Part shown: positions 35,565-45,138 of the stretch, one piece after another | Position numbering within the stretch: the stretch's first letter is position 1 | Layout: the number at the start of each line of letters is the position of its first letter | DNA from: a virus | Lineage: Duplodnaviria; Caudoviricetes | Virus record (IMG/VR): IMGVR_UViG_3300034008_000048 | Span: 1-46,127 of that record | Strand: one strand, 5' to 3' | Length of the DNA stretch: 46,127 nucleotides | The notes under the pieces: model-generated | The model's input: the letters and a program-made list of their open reading frames with translations, nothing else | What the model was told of the DNA's origin: nothing | Databases searched by the model: none | Translations under genes and position numbers: made by a program

Positions 35565-35628
35565 CCCGCGTGCTAAATACGCCGCGCCATGGTCCTGGCC
35601 AACAAACTGGGAACTACCCACCTGCGTG

Positions 35629-36003
35629 CTAAACAATGCGGGTAAGAAGGTCTTTTGTCGCATGGTAGGCGAGGGCTCCAATGAGCCAAGCTGCACCCAA
35701 ACCCAGTGCCAAAAGCATACCGGCTAAGCTCACGTCTAACCGCTCAGACCTACTGAGCCCACTTATCCACATAAACCATGGTGTCCCAACAACGATTGCG
35801 GCAAGGACTCCCGCAACGCCGCTCACTATATTGATAAGGGCTGGGGGGTCGAAGAAACCGAAAATGACACCGGCTACGTAGGTGGTCATAGCTATCAGGG
35901 CAGCACTCACAAAGTTTGTAAAGATGTCGTACCAGAACTGCTCGCTGTGCACCCAACGGTTCACGTACGGCCATGGCTTCTTCACCCTGGCAAGGCTAGT
36001 CAC
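35629..36003 (-). CDS. 3-TM membrane protein (paralogue of 38674-39063)
   Basis: EQFWYDIFTNFVSA motif; three TMs; start uncertain. Confidence 0.6.
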   Translation of the reverse strand: MTSLARVKKPWPYVNRWVHSEQFWYDIFTNFVSAALIAMTTYVAGVIFGFFDPPALINIVSGVAGVLAAIVVGTPWFMWISGLSRSERLDVSLAGMLLALGLGAAWLIGALAYHATKDLLTRIV

Positions 36004-36130
36004 CCGGCCGATCGAGCCGACGATCAGGACTGGTCTCGTCCAGCCTGACCTGGCGCCGCGCCGCACACCTGACCTGCGCCCGAAGACGCGAGAGGTAGCG
36101 TGGCGGCGGACGTCACGAGCGGGAGGGCAC

Positions 36131-36952
36131 ATGGCAGAGCGGAAGCTGCGTAAGCGACCTGACGGCGCTTCAACCAACGGTGTCGTGCACAGCTCCCATG
36201 TTGGGGAGAACGCCCCCCTGTTTGCGCAGATTCTCCGACTGTTCGTGCCTGTAGGTTCGGTGGTTGCGGACGTCACCTGGGGCAAGGGAGCGTTCTGGCG
36301 CGACGTGGCACCTGGCACCTACAAGGTGCTCGGCACCGACCTCCAGACCGGCGTTGACTGCCGCGACCTTCCCTACGAGGACGCGTCACTAGACGCTCTC
36401 GTCCTAGACCCTCCGTACATGGAGGGTTTGTTCCGTCAGACCACCGTGGAGATGGCCGGCGGTGGGTCGCACTCGGCGTTCCGCGAGCGCTACAGCGATA
36501 GCCAAGCCACCGACCACGTTGAAGGCGCGCCGAAGTACCACGCTGCCGTCCTAGACCTGTATTTAAAGGCAGGACTTGAGGCCAAGCGAACCCTGCGCAA
36601 CTACGGCATCTTCATCGTCAAGTGCCAGGATGAGGTCTCAGCCAACCGCCAGAACCTGACTCACGTCGAGCTGATCAACGCGTGGGCCGACGACTTCTAC
36701 TGCAAAGACTTGTACGTCGTGACTCGAACCAATCGGCCGGGCATTGTGCGGCTCGTCAAGCAGGAGCATGCTCGCAAGAACCATTCATACTTTTTAGTCT
36801 TCATCAAGCGGAACCCTGAGTTCCCTAAGCGCATCCGACCGTCGACGCGAGAATTGAAGGCTTTGATGGCCGAAGAGCGTTACGCATCGATCCCAGTGGT
36901 CGATGTTCCCGAAGCCTTGCTGCCTGAGTCTGAGCAAGGAACGCTTCTTTAG
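36131..36952 (+). CDS. Amino (N4/N6) DNA methyltransferase
   Basis: GGGAGG RBS; motif I DVTWGKG; motif IV DPPY; IVKCQD. Confidence 0.88.
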   Translation: MAERKLRKRPDGASTNGVVHSSHVGENAPLFAQILRLFVPVGSVVADVTWGKGAFWRDVAPGTYKVLGTDLQTGVDCRDLPYEDASLDALVLDPPYMEGLFRQTTVEMAGGGSHSAFRERYSDSQATDHVEGAPKYHAAVLDLYLKAGLEAKRTLRNYGIFIVKCQDEVSANRQNLTHVELINAWADDFYCKDLYVVTRTNRPGIVRLVKQEHARKNHSYFLVFIKRNPEFPKRIRPSTRELKALMAEERYASIPVVDVPEALLPESEQGTLL

Positions 36953-37278
36953 ACGCCGCCGCGTCCGCCCTTACCGCCCTTGGCACCCTGCTTGGCACGT
37001 GCAGCGGCCCGTGAGGCTCCACGCGCGGAGATGATGTCGTTGAAGGCCCGCTCCTTGTTGATCCGCTCGCGGCCGGCTCGCAGCTTGGGTTCAGCCTCGA
37101 GGATCTCTTCCTCAGCCATCTCGAGGTACGCAAGCGCGATGGTGTCGCTCGGAGCAGAGTTGATCACCTCGCCGTGGCGGGTGAGGTAGTACCGGCCGTC
37201 GTCAGGTACCGAGTCAGTGCCGTGCTCGATCGCCAAGCCGAGGTAGGTGATCTTCTTGACGATGTGACCTTGAGTCAT
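36949..37278 (-). CDS. Hypothetical protein co-transcribed with the nuclease
   Basis: Starts 9 nt after nuclease stop; Gly/Lys-rich tail. Confidence 0.65.
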   Translation of the reverse strand: MTQGHIVKKITYLGLAIEHGTDSVPDDGRYYLTRHGEVINSAPSDTIALAYLEMAEEEILEAEPKLRAGRERINKERAFNDIISARGASRAAARAKQGAKGGKGGRGGV

Positions 37279-37287
37279 GGAGACAGG

Positions 37288-37959
37288 CTACGCGCCGTCC
37301 TCCTCTTCATCCTCGATGTCATCGATCGCCAGGACCGGGGCCGTGCCCTGCCTGCGCGCCTCAATCAGCTCGTCCAGCAACACGAAAGGGTCCGCGTTGT
37401 ACGGGTGGATGGGCGGGTTCATCATGGGCATCGTGCCCATCAACAGGTTGCTGCGTTGGTATTGGGTGTAGTCCCTGGACTTGCCGCGTAGCCCGTTGAC
37501 GCGCGGCAAATCCGCGTTCTTGGCGAAGGTGAAATCCCACTCACCCTCGAACGAGTGCAGGTTGACGGCCAAGAGGTCGAACTCACCAACCAGCAGGCAA
37601 GTGGTCTCGATCGTGGACCCGTCCTTGAACTTGACCCACCTACGATCGCTCGCATCGCACTGGAACTTGGCGCTCATCACCGGTCCACCTAGGAGCCGCT
37701 TCAGGCTGTTGGTTTGCAAACTCTTGACCTCAACCGTGAAGGGCTGGTCACGGTAGGTGAACGCGATGTCACCCTTGAGCACGCGGTCGTGATCGTCGTA
37801 CTTGGTTAGGCTCGTTATCTCTGGGTGGTCCTCGAAGAACATGCGACGACACTTCATCTCAGCGGCGTAGCCCATGACGAACGAGCGCAGGCTCGGGTTG
37901 TCCGTCAGCAGCTCATTGATCTCGTCGTAGCTGAGATCCCAGTCTTCTAGAAACCCCAC
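37288..37959 (-). CDS. Type II-like restriction endonuclease (PD-(D/E)XK)
   Basis: GYAAE; KGD...VEVKS; FDLLAVN; convergent with MTase. Confidence 0.7.
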   Translation of the reverse strand: MGFLEDWDLSYDEINELLTDNPSLRSFVMGYAAEMKCRRMFFEDHPEITSLTKYDDHDRVLKGDIAFTYRDQPFTVEVKSLQTNSLKRLLGGPVMSAKFQCDASDRRWVKFKDGSTIETTCLLVGEFDLLAVNLHSFEGEWDFTFAKNADLPRVNGLRGKSRDYTQYQRSNLLMGTMPMMNPPIHPYNADPFVLLDELIEARRQGTAPVLAIDDIEDEEEDGA

Positions 37960-38080
37960 TGCTCCCCCATGATCGCGTCAGACAACCGGCATTGATCTGT
38001 CGCGGTGAAGCGACGCATCAAGCGTGCCACATCCGGGGGGTTAGAAAGTAGGAACCAACGTGGCGACGCGGCACGAAAAA

Positions 38081-38105
38081 TGACCCCCAGTTTCGTCGGG
38101 GGTCA
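38081..38105 (-). terminator. Intrinsic terminator
   Basis: TGACCCCC/GGGGGTCA stem followed by TTTTT on the minus strand. Confidence 0.6.
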
Positions 38106-38125
38106 GGCACGGCGTCTACGACGCA

Positions 38126-38380
38126 TCAGATGAGATTGGGAAGCACCGGACTACCGAGCAGCAGCTCGACGAACTGACGTGCCGCTGGCCAGTCGTCGAG
38201 ACTGATGCCAGTATCGTCGTGCGAACTGAGCAGATCGGCCGCGAGCGTGTAGCTAAGCCGTTCCAGCCCACGGGGCTTCGCCAGGGCGAGAGCCTTGAGT
38301 AGCGCGATTTCATCGGCGTGGTCGGTCGTGCGGAAGTGGTGCCGAGCATCACCGGGTAGACGGCGGGCCATTAGAGCCAC
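38126..38380 (-). CDS. Hypothetical protein
   Basis: Overlaps upstream gene; followed by terminator. Confidence 0.5.
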   Translation of the reverse strand: MALMARRLPGDARHHFRTTDHADEIALLKALALAKPRGLERLSYTLAADLLSSHDDTGISLDDWPAARQFVELLLGSPVLPNLI

Positions 38381-38583
38381 CAGGTGAAATCAGGATCGTC
38401 ACCGATGTCGAACATGTCCTTGCGGGTCGTCCTAGACCGGTGTCCACACGCCTCGCATTGCATGCCGATCCATTCGCCCATTTTCCAGGTCTCGTGGCCG
38501 TCTTCGTTGATCCACGGGTCACCGATGACCTGGACCTTCATAATCCATTCAGTGCTACCGCACTTACAACATTGAGGCATCAT
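38371..38583 (-). CDS. Zinc-ribbon protein
   Basis: GGAGG RBS; CCKCG...CEACG. Confidence 0.65.
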   Translation of the reverse strand: MMPQCCKCGSTEWIMKVQVIGDPWINEDGHETWKMGEWIGMQCEACGHRSRTTRKDMFDIGDDPDFTWWL

Positions 38584-38673
38584 GACTGCCCTCCATAACT
38601 AGGTACTGCCATTAGCGGGTGCCAATAGCTGCACTTAGTTATGAAGCAAAAAGGCCATAACGTAAAGCCACGT

Positions 38674-39063
38674 TCAGAGCGACTGAAACAAAAAGACGGC
38701 GGTGATTACGAGCACCAGCATTGCAAATATAGAAAAAAGTGCCCCAGCAATTGATTCTATGCGCAATTTCCAGTCCTTCTCTCGACGGCCTCGCCCAAAC
38801 TCGACCAGGTGAAAGAGAGTCGCAAAATACATGAGGGGAGTCCCGATGAGTACGATGACCCAGAGGCCTAAGGTTATTCGGCGTTGTGGCACTGCGATGT
38901 AACCACTAAAAACGGCGAATAGATACACAATTACGAGCGTCAGTACCGCGCTGACCGTTCGAGTAACGATGTCCTGCAAGAATTTTTCCTGTGTCCACCA
39001 GCTCGCAAATATCTGCCATTTGGTTCGCTCAGGGACTGGCTGCTCGTCGCTCACGGCAGGCAT
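38674..39063 (-). CDS. 3-TM membrane protein (paralogue of 35629-36003)
   Basis: EKFLQDIVTRTVSA motif; three TMs. Confidence 0.65.
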   Translation of the reverse strand: MPAVSDEQPVPERTKWQIFASWWTQEKFLQDIVTRTVSAVLTLVIVYLFAVFSGYIAVPQRRITLGLWVIVLIGTPLMYFATLFHLVEFGRGRREKDWKLRIESIAGALFSIFAMLVLVITAVFLFQSL

Positions 39064-39134
39064 ATTATCAGTAGGGACATCGTTTCATGGAAACCCCCGC
39101 GCGGCTAACCACGCGGGGGCTCAGGACACTGAGG

Positions 39135-39218
39135 TCACTTGTTACTCCATACTTGATAGACCATGACGCACAACTGCATCGCGGCGACCACTAGAGTCAA
39201 TAGGGCAATAGTAAACAT
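39135..39218 (-). CDS. 27-aa hydrophobic peptide (type I toxin-like)
   Basis: TATAAT and GGAGGT upstream; MFTIALLTLVVAAMQLCVMVYQVWSNK; GC hairpin 39094-39119 downstream. Confidence 0.45.
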   Translation of the reverse strand: MFTIALLTLVVAAMQLCVMVYQVWSNK

Positions 39219-39335
39219 TCATATCCCACCTCCGTTCCATTCAGATAGTTCTATTATATCGCTGTATCGTTCCCAAGGCGGAATTTGCGAGGCATTCTTG
39301 CCGTATTCAGAGCGTTGTGCGTAAATGAAAGCAAT

Positions 39336-39857
39336 ATGGCAGAACCGCAAGACGAACCCAATACTCAACCAGTCGGTCGACCACTTACATACGAGACCAT
39401 CGAAAAGCTAGACGCCGCGATCGCGGCCTACTTCGATATGTGCGATCCGCACGTCGAGCCGCGCATGGTTGACGGAGGCGTCAACCAGAAGGGCGAGACG
39501 ATCTGGCTCCGGCGAGCCGTCCTGACCGAGCAGAAGCCGTACACCATGACGGGGCTCGCCAGGGCGCTTGGAGTGGACCGCAAGACGCTTCTGAACTACA
39601 AGAACCGCGACGAATATTTCCCCTCGATACAGGGGGCGCTCAACCGCTGCGCCGAGTACGCCGAGACGCAGCTGTTCGGTCCATACGCCAACGGGGCCAA
39701 GTTCGCGCTGACTAACAACTACGGCAGCGATGGCGCCGAGTGGTCTGACAAGAAGGCGGTTGACCACACTACGGCGGGTCAGCCGATGAAGGCCCTAGTG
39801 GAGTTCGTGGGCGATGGAGACGACGACTCCGACGGTCAAGATCCAGTTCCTGACTGA
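39336..39857 (+). CDS. terS: Terminase small subunit
   Basis: VGRP..Y...YF; PYTMTGLA.ALG.DR.TL.NY; GAKFAL.N. Confidence 0.85.
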   Translation: MAEPQDEPNTQPVGRPLTYETIEKLDAAIAAYFDMCDPHVEPRMVDGGVNQKGETIWLRRAVLTEQKPYTMTGLARALGVDRKTLLNYKNRDEYFPSIQGALNRCAEYAETQLFGPYANGAKFALTNNYGSDGAEWSDKKAVDHTTAGQPMKALVEFVGDGDDDSDGQDPVPD

Positions 39858-41115
39858 GTTCAAGGAACTGTTTAACGAGCGCTGGCGCGCCATCGTCTTC
39901 CATGGGGGCCGCGGCTCCGGTAAGTCGCGTCACGTCGCCTTGGCGCTCGTTCTGCGCGGCCGTCAGAAGCGGCTACTTATCCTGTGCACCCGTGAGTTGC
40001 AGAACACCATCGCAGACTCCGTGCACAAACTACTGAACGGCATCATCGACGAGTATGGCTTCACCGACTACGAGATCACCGACAAGGTCATCCGCAACCG
40101 CCTGACCGGCACTGAGTTCATCTTTAAGGGCCTGCGCCACAACGCGACGGAGATCAAGTCCACCGAGGGCATCGACATTGCTTGGGTTGAAGAGGCTCAG
40201 TCCATCAGCGAGGCCAGTCTGGATGTCCTGGTGCCAACCATCCGTAAGCCGGGCAGCCAGTTGATCTACACGTTCAACCGCCGCGACGAACTCGACCCGG
40301 TGTACGTGCGCTACGTCCTCACGTCGCGCAAGCGCACCTACGTTCGTCAAGTCAACTACGACGTCCTGGAGCGTGCTGGGTTGTTCCCGGCCGACCTGCG
40401 TGAAGAGATGGAGGCAGACAAGGCCGACCCGGAGAAGTACGCCCACGTGTGGCTTGGTGAGCCGCTGTCGCAGGCCGATAGAGCCATCCTGGGCCGTGGA
40501 CGCGTCTTGCAGGCCATGCAGCGCACCGTGAGCGACGAGGGGGCCGTAGAGATCGGCGTCGACGTCGCGCGCTTTGGAGACGACCGCACCGTGTTCCGCA
40601 AACGCAAGGGCCTGCGCAGCCTAGAAACTCGGACCTTCACGAAGCTGCGGACGACAGAGATCTGCGACCAGCTCGAGGCCTTCGCTGGCTACGACAAGTC
40701 AGTCCTGATCAAGGTGGACGACACCGGCGTCGGGGGTGGCGTGACCGACGAACTGGTGAAACGCGAGTACCAAGTCATGGCCATCAACTTCGGTAGCGCA
40801 GCCATGGATTCCGACAAGTACCCCAACCTCATCAGTGAGGCGTGGTTTTACCTGGCCAGCATCGTCGACACCATTCAGATCGATATGGACCCCGACCTGC
40901 TACAGGAGGTGTCGAGCCGTTTGTGGAAGCAGGACACCAAGGGTCGGCGGGGAGTCGAGAGTAAGGACGACTACAAGAAGCGCGGCTACCGCAGCCCAGA
41001 CAAGGCCGATGCACTCATTCTTTGCTTCTACACGCCGCCGAAGTTGATGCCCGACTTCTCGTTTAGCGCCACGGTGTCATCACTGACCGATCAATTGCAG
41101 GACGTCGACGGTTAG
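39814..41115 (+). CDS. terL: Terminase large subunit (PBSX-like)
   Basis: GGRGSGKS; WVEEA; GVDVARFGDD; SPDKADAL. Confidence 0.95.
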   Translation: METTTPTVKIQFLTEFKELFNERWRAIVFHGGRGSGKSRHVALALVLRGRQKRLLILCTRELQNTIADSVHKLLNGIIDEYGFTDYEITDKVIRNRLTGTEFIFKGLRHNATEIKSTEGIDIAWVEEAQSISEASLDVLVPTIRKPGSQLIYTFNRRDELDPVYVRYVLTSRKRTYVRQVNYDVLERAGLFPADLREEMEADKADPEKYAHVWLGEPLSQADRAILGRGRVLQAMQRTVSDEGAVEIGVDVARFGDDRTVFRKRKGLRSLETRTFTKLRTTEICDQLEAFAGYDKSVLIKVDDTGVGGGVTDELVKREYQVMAINFGSAAMDSDKYPNLISEAWFYLASIVDTIQIDMDPDLLQEVSSRLWKQDTKGRRGVESKDDYKKRGYRSPDKADALILCFYTPPKLMPDFSFSATVSSLTDQLQDVDG

Positions 41116-41130
41116 CGTACATTTGTGGTA

Positions 41131-42465
41131 ATGGCTAAAAAGCAGTCCCCGGCAATAAAGATCACGCAAGAAGAAATCGGCGACTCAGGTACGCAAATCT
41201 TCGGGGGCTATGTTCGCACTGGCGAATACAACCCCGACTTAGCTGGCACACGCGGGCTACGCGTCTGGGACGAGATGCGCCTGGGCAACACGACGGTCCA
41301 GTCGACACTGTGGGGCTTCAAGCTCCCGATCGTGCAGGCGAACTGGTCGCTGGAGAACGATGACGACTCAGACCAGCAGGTCAAGGTCGTCAGCTTTCTC
41401 GAGCACAACCTGTTTGATCGGCTCCAGTGGCCCACCGTTGTCGAGGACAGCCTGACCCACCTCGATATGGGCTTCTATGTAGCCGAGCTGGTCTTCGAGC
41501 CGATCACGTGGGAACGCCAGACCCGGATCGGCATCAGCAAGGTGGCCTTCCGCAAGCAGACCTCGATTCAGAAGTGGGAAGCTGCTGACGGCAAACCCGG
41601 CATCACGCAGACCAAGGCGGACGGCACGCAGGTTGGTATCCCCCAGATCAAGCTGGTGCACATCGCCAACCGACAAGAGGGTGACAACCCGTACGGCGTT
41701 TCAATACTGCGCAGCGCTTGGCAGAACTGGCGCTACATCCAGGCGTTCTACCGCTTCGAGTCGATCGGCTACGAGCGCCAGTCAGTCGGCATCCCGATCG
41801 CCGCGTACCCACCCGGAACCGGCAAGGGGGAACTGGCCAAGCTCGAAAATCTGCTCCGCAACCTGCGCACCAACGAGCAGGCCTACCTTACGTTCCCAGC
41901 TGGCACCGAGGTCGGCTTCATGGATATGAAGGGCCACACCGTCCGCAACCCCCGTGAAGCCATCGAGCACCACGACCGCGAGCTGAGTGAAGCGCTATTG
42001 ATGTCGATGATGAAGCTCGGCGGTGCCCACGGCACCGGCTCACAGTCCCTCAGCAGCGACATCAGCCGCTTGACCGCCCTGGCGCAACAAGCCGTCGCCG
42101 ACAAGATCGCTCAGGCGTTTACTGAGACGCTGATCAAGGTCCTAGTCGAGCTGAACTTCACGGGTGCCGCCATCCCTCAGCTGCGCTGCAACGACATCAC
42201 CGACACCGACATCCCGATGATGTCGACAGCCGTCAAGACGTACGTGGAGGCAGGCGCGCTCAAGCCACGACCGGAAGACGAGAACCTGGTCCGGCGCCAG
42301 ATCGGCTGGCACGAACTGTCCGACGAGGAGGTCGAGGAACGCAAGGTCGAGGTGGACGACAAGACTGACGACACCAAGCCCGACGAGGCGACGGTCACCG
42401 AGCTCAAAGCGATGCGAGCCAGCGTCGAGAAGGCGCTGTATGCCGACACGAGCCGGGCTGCTTGA
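41131..42465 (+). CDS. Portal protein (Mu gp29/DUF935-like)
   Basis: After terL; GF.VAELV; NPYG.SILR; LVELNF. Confidence 0.85.
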   Translation: MAKKQSPAIKITQEEIGDSGTQIFGGYVRTGEYNPDLAGTRGLRVWDEMRLGNTTVQSTLWGFKLPIVQANWSLENDDDSDQQVKVVSFLEHNLFDRLQWPTVVEDSLTHLDMGFYVAELVFEPITWERQTRIGISKVAFRKQTSIQKWEAADGKPGITQTKADGTQVGIPQIKLVHIANRQEGDNPYGVSILRSAWQNWRYIQAFYRFESIGYERQSVGIPIAAYPPGTGKGELAKLENLLRNLRTNEQAYLTFPAGTEVGFMDMKGHTVRNPREAIEHHDRELSEALLMSMMKLGGAHGTGSQSLSSDISRLTALAQQAVADKIAQAFTETLIKVLVELNFTGAAIPQLRCNDITDTDIPMMSTAVKTYVEAGALKPRPEDENLVRRQIGWHELSDEEVEERKVEVDDKTDDTKPDEATVTELKAMRASVEKALYADTSRAA

Positions 42466-43231
42466 CGCTCACGCCGTTCTAACGGCCGCGATACGAGCTA
42501 GTGAGGCGTGGGAAAAGAGCTACACCGACTCCCCCGCCACGTTTAAGCGACTGCTGCGCGAAGAAGCCAAGTTGCAGGCGTCCGTGCTCGACTACCTGAG
42601 TGGTCTGAGTGAACGCGCTCCACGGCTAGTGAACTGGTCCGAGGTACAACTGCGGCCGATGACCGCGAGCCAGGTGCCACCGGCAGACGACAAAGCCTGG
42701 ACCGAAGAACAGGCCCGATTACTGGCCGCCATCTACCCATCCCTGATCGAACTGATGGTGGTTGGCGCCAACGCCGGGGAGGACATCTACGGCGTTCCTC
42801 TGAGCATCACCACGCTCGACGAAGCGATTATCAAAGGCGCAGACCGATACACAGCTGGTCTGGTCAAAGACGTCACGGACACGACGCGGCGCAAGATCCA
42901 GTTGGCCATCAAGCAAGCGATCAAGCAGGGTGAGAATGCCACTGCGACCATCGAACGCATCCGCAAGTTGGTCGCCAGTCCGGTCAGGGCCGAGATGATC
43001 GCGCAGACGGAGAGCGTCAACGCTTACCAGAGCGGCCTCGACATCTTCGGTGAGGCGTCCGGCGTCAAGAGTTGGACATGGGACGCGCTGTTAGGCGCCT
43101 GCAAGCTGTGCGCACCGCTCGACGGCGTGACGAAAGTAGTCGGGAAACCGTTTGTGCTCGGCAACGGCAAAGAGGTGATGCGACCAGCGGCGCACACGCG
43201 GTGTCGCTGCGGGCGTATCGCCAACTACTAG
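42440..43231 (+). CDS. Head morphogenesis protein (Mu gpF/SPP1 gp7-like)
   Basis: RAEMIAQTE; CKLC.PLDG; PAAH.RCRC. Confidence 0.88.
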   Translation: MPTRAGLLDAHAVLTAAIRASEAWEKSYTDSPATFKRLLREEAKLQASVLDYLSGLSERAPRLVNWSEVQLRPMTASQVPPADDKAWTEEQARLLAAIYPSLIELMVVGANAGEDIYGVPLSITTLDEAIIKGADRYTAGLVKDVTDTTRRKIQLAIKQAIKQGENATATIERIRKLVASPVRAEMIAQTESVNAYQSGLDIFGEASGVKSWTWDALLGACKLCAPLDGVTKVVGKPFVLGNGKEVMRPAAHTRCRCGRIANY

Positions 43232-43434
43232 AACCACTTGCGCGGACCGCGCCACTGTGCCTTGCGCGCCCATAAAGTGCCCCAGAAGAATCCGAACCCC
43301 AGAATCACGAGAACTTTCATGCCGACCGATACGTCTGGCATGGCGACGCGCGCGACGATGACCGCTGTGATCACTAGACCGATCAACACAATTACCAGCT
43401 TCTGTCTCGCAGTAAAGCCATTCACAGTTGGCAC
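43228..43434 (-). CDS. Moron, 2-TM protein
   Basis: Two TMs; antisense within head operon. Confidence 0.5.
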   Translation of the reverse strand: MPTVNGFTARQKLVIVLIGLVITAVIVARVAMPDVSVGMKVLVILGFGFFWGTLWARKAQWRGPRKWF

Positions 43435-43514
43435 TCTAGCGCATCCTCACGGCTTCGGATCTCGCGCATCATGCTTGACGAATAAGGGTTAGCGCTTCAT
43501 ATTTACAGGTAAGC

Positions 43515-44720
43515 ATGGCTCGACAAGGCATACAACAATTGATCAAAGTCCAGGCGGACGCCTCCGGTAACCCGCCGACTTCGATTCACGTTATGTCGGC
43601 TGGCCATTGGCACGCACCGTGGCACGGCAACTTCGAGATGACCCCCGACGACCTCGCCGAGATGGTTACTCACTTCGCTGACGGCGTCGGCATGGTGCAG
43701 GGCAGCAACAAGCTGCCGATCAACTACGGCCACGACCTGAGCGGCAAGGCTGCCGGGTGGATCACCGCGCTGCGCACCGAAAGCGGCGGTAACGAGCTGT
43801 GGGCCGACGTTGAGTGGACGCCCTACGGCACGCAGATGTTGGCCGATGCTGAGTTCCGCTACATCTCGCCCGAGTGGAACCCCCGCTCATTTCCGTATCA
43901 GGACCCGGAAGACGAAGACCTATGGCTGAACAACGTTTTTACCGGTGCCGGACTGACCAACATCCCCCTATTCAAGAAGCTGAAACCCATCATGGCCTCC
44001 CGGGTCACTGGGAGCAGTGAGAAACCAAGTAATAAGCAAGGAGACGCTATGGACCTGAAAGAGGTACGAGCCAAGAAACCCGACGAACTGACCGAGGACG
44101 AGAAGACGTTCCTTCACGAACACAAAGCGGAGCTTACCGATGACGAGCGCACCACGTTCGGGCTGGTCGACGCAGACGCTGACGCGAACGCCAAAGTTGA
44201 TGCCGACGCGGCTGCGAAGGCTCAAGCCGACAAAGACGCTGCGGATGCCGCTGCTGCCGAGGAAACTGCAAGCGGTCAGCAAGCCAGTGCGGGTGTGCCC
44301 GGCCTCAGCGCCGCCCAGGTCGCACAACTGCGGGCTGACGCTGCCGCAGGACGTGCCGCTTCGCAAGAGCTGCTTAGGACCCGCCTCACGGCTTCGGTCG
44401 ACACAGCCATCAAGCGTGGCGCGATCAGAAGCGACCAGCTCACTCCCACTGTCGATCTACTCATGGCGTCGAGTGAGGGCCAGCGCGACAAGTTGACCGC
44501 TTGGATCGAGGCACTGCCGACGCACCCAATCTTGGCCAGCGAGCAAGGCGACGGTGGTACGAGCAGCGACCAATCGGCCCAGGACGAGCTCAACAAGCGC
44601 GCAGCGAAGCTCGTCGCCGACTCAGGCGGAAAGCTCAGTTATAGCGACGCGGTCGTCGGCGCAATGCAAACAGACTCCGCTCTACGTGACCGGGTCACCG
44701 CAGAACGTAAGCAACAGTAA
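43515..44720 (+). CDS. Mu gpI-like prohead protease/scaffold
   Basis: INYGH; AAGWI; VEWT; FRYISPE; LTNIP. Confidence 0.88.
   Translation: MARQGIQQLIKVQADASGNPPTSIHVMSAGHWHAPWHGNFEMTPDDLAEMVTHFADGVGMVQGSNKLPINYGHDLSGKAAGWITALRTESGGNELWADVEWTPYGTQMLADAEFRYISPEWNPRSFPYQDPEDEDLWLNNVFTGAGLTNIPLFKKLKPIMASRVTGSSEKPSNKQGDAMDLKEVRAKKPDELTEDEKTFLHEHKAELTDDERTTFGLVDADADANAKVDADAAAKAQADKDAADAAAAEETASGQQASAGVPGLSAAQVAQLRADAAAGRAASQELLRTRLTASVDTAIKRGAIRSDQLTPTVDLLMASSEGQRDKLTAWIEALPTHPILASEQGDGGTSSDQSAQDELNKRAAKLVADSGGKLSYSDAVVGAMQTDSALRDRVTAERKQQ
44049..44720 (+). CDS. Nested in-frame scaffolding protein (Mu gpZ-like)
   Basis: Internal AAGGAG RBS before in-frame ATG 44049 at the protease/scaffold boundary. 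Confidence 0.6.
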   Translation: MDLKEVRAKKPDELTEDEKTFLHEHKAELTDDERTTFGLVDADADANAKVDADAAAKAQADKDAADAAAAEETASGQQASAGVPGLSAAQVAQLRADAAAGRAASQELLRTRLTASVDTAIKRGAIRSDQLTPTVDLLMASSEGQRDKLTAWIEALPTHPILASEQGDGGTSSDQSAQDELNKRAAKLVADSGGKLSYSDAVVGAMQTDSALRDRVTAERKQQ

Positions 44721-44744
44721 CCGGTAAGGAAGGACTTTACCTAT

Positions 44745-45107
44745 ATGCACATCAATGAAAGCGGCTACAAGAGTTACGTTGCCAACGTCAACATCCCAGC
44801 CGGCACCGCGGTCAAACTAAGCGGCGGCAAGGTCGTTGCATCCGCAGCGGCAACGGATCTCACGATCGGCACCATTCACGCCGACGCGAAAGCCAACCAA
44901 GCAATCGACGTCCGCCTGCGATCTGCTCAGGGGACGCTAAACATCGTCGCAGGCGGCGCGATCGCGGTTGGTGATGCCGTCACGGCTAATGCCTCTGGCC
45001 TAGGCGTTGCGACGACTACCACAGGCAACCACATCATCGGCTACGCCCTCGAGGCCGTATCAAGTGGCGCGTGGGTCGAACTGCTACCAACCATGGCGAA
45101 ATACTAA
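44745..45107 (+). CDS. Capsid decoration/cement protein (DUF2190-like)
   Basis: AGGAIAVGD.V...ASG; IIGYALEA. Confidence 0.75.
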   Translation: MHINESGYKSYVANVNIPAGTAVKLSGGKVVASAAATDLTIGTIHADAKANQAIDVRLRSAQGTLNIVAGGAIAVGDAVTANASGLGVATTTTGNHIIGYALEAVSSGAWVELLPTMAKY

Positions 45108-45138
45108 CGATAGCGAGAAGGACACATAGAACACCCCT

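Noticed and set aside
35882-36318. Long N-terminal extensions of the MTase (35882) and membrane ORF (36318)
   Set aside because: Mutually overlapping open frames; the RBS-supported MTase start is 36131, and the membrane ORF more plausibly starts near 36003
39814-45107. Transposable Mu-like phage
   Set aside because: Head genes are Mu-like, but no DDE transposase or MuB is present; integration is by a serine integrase
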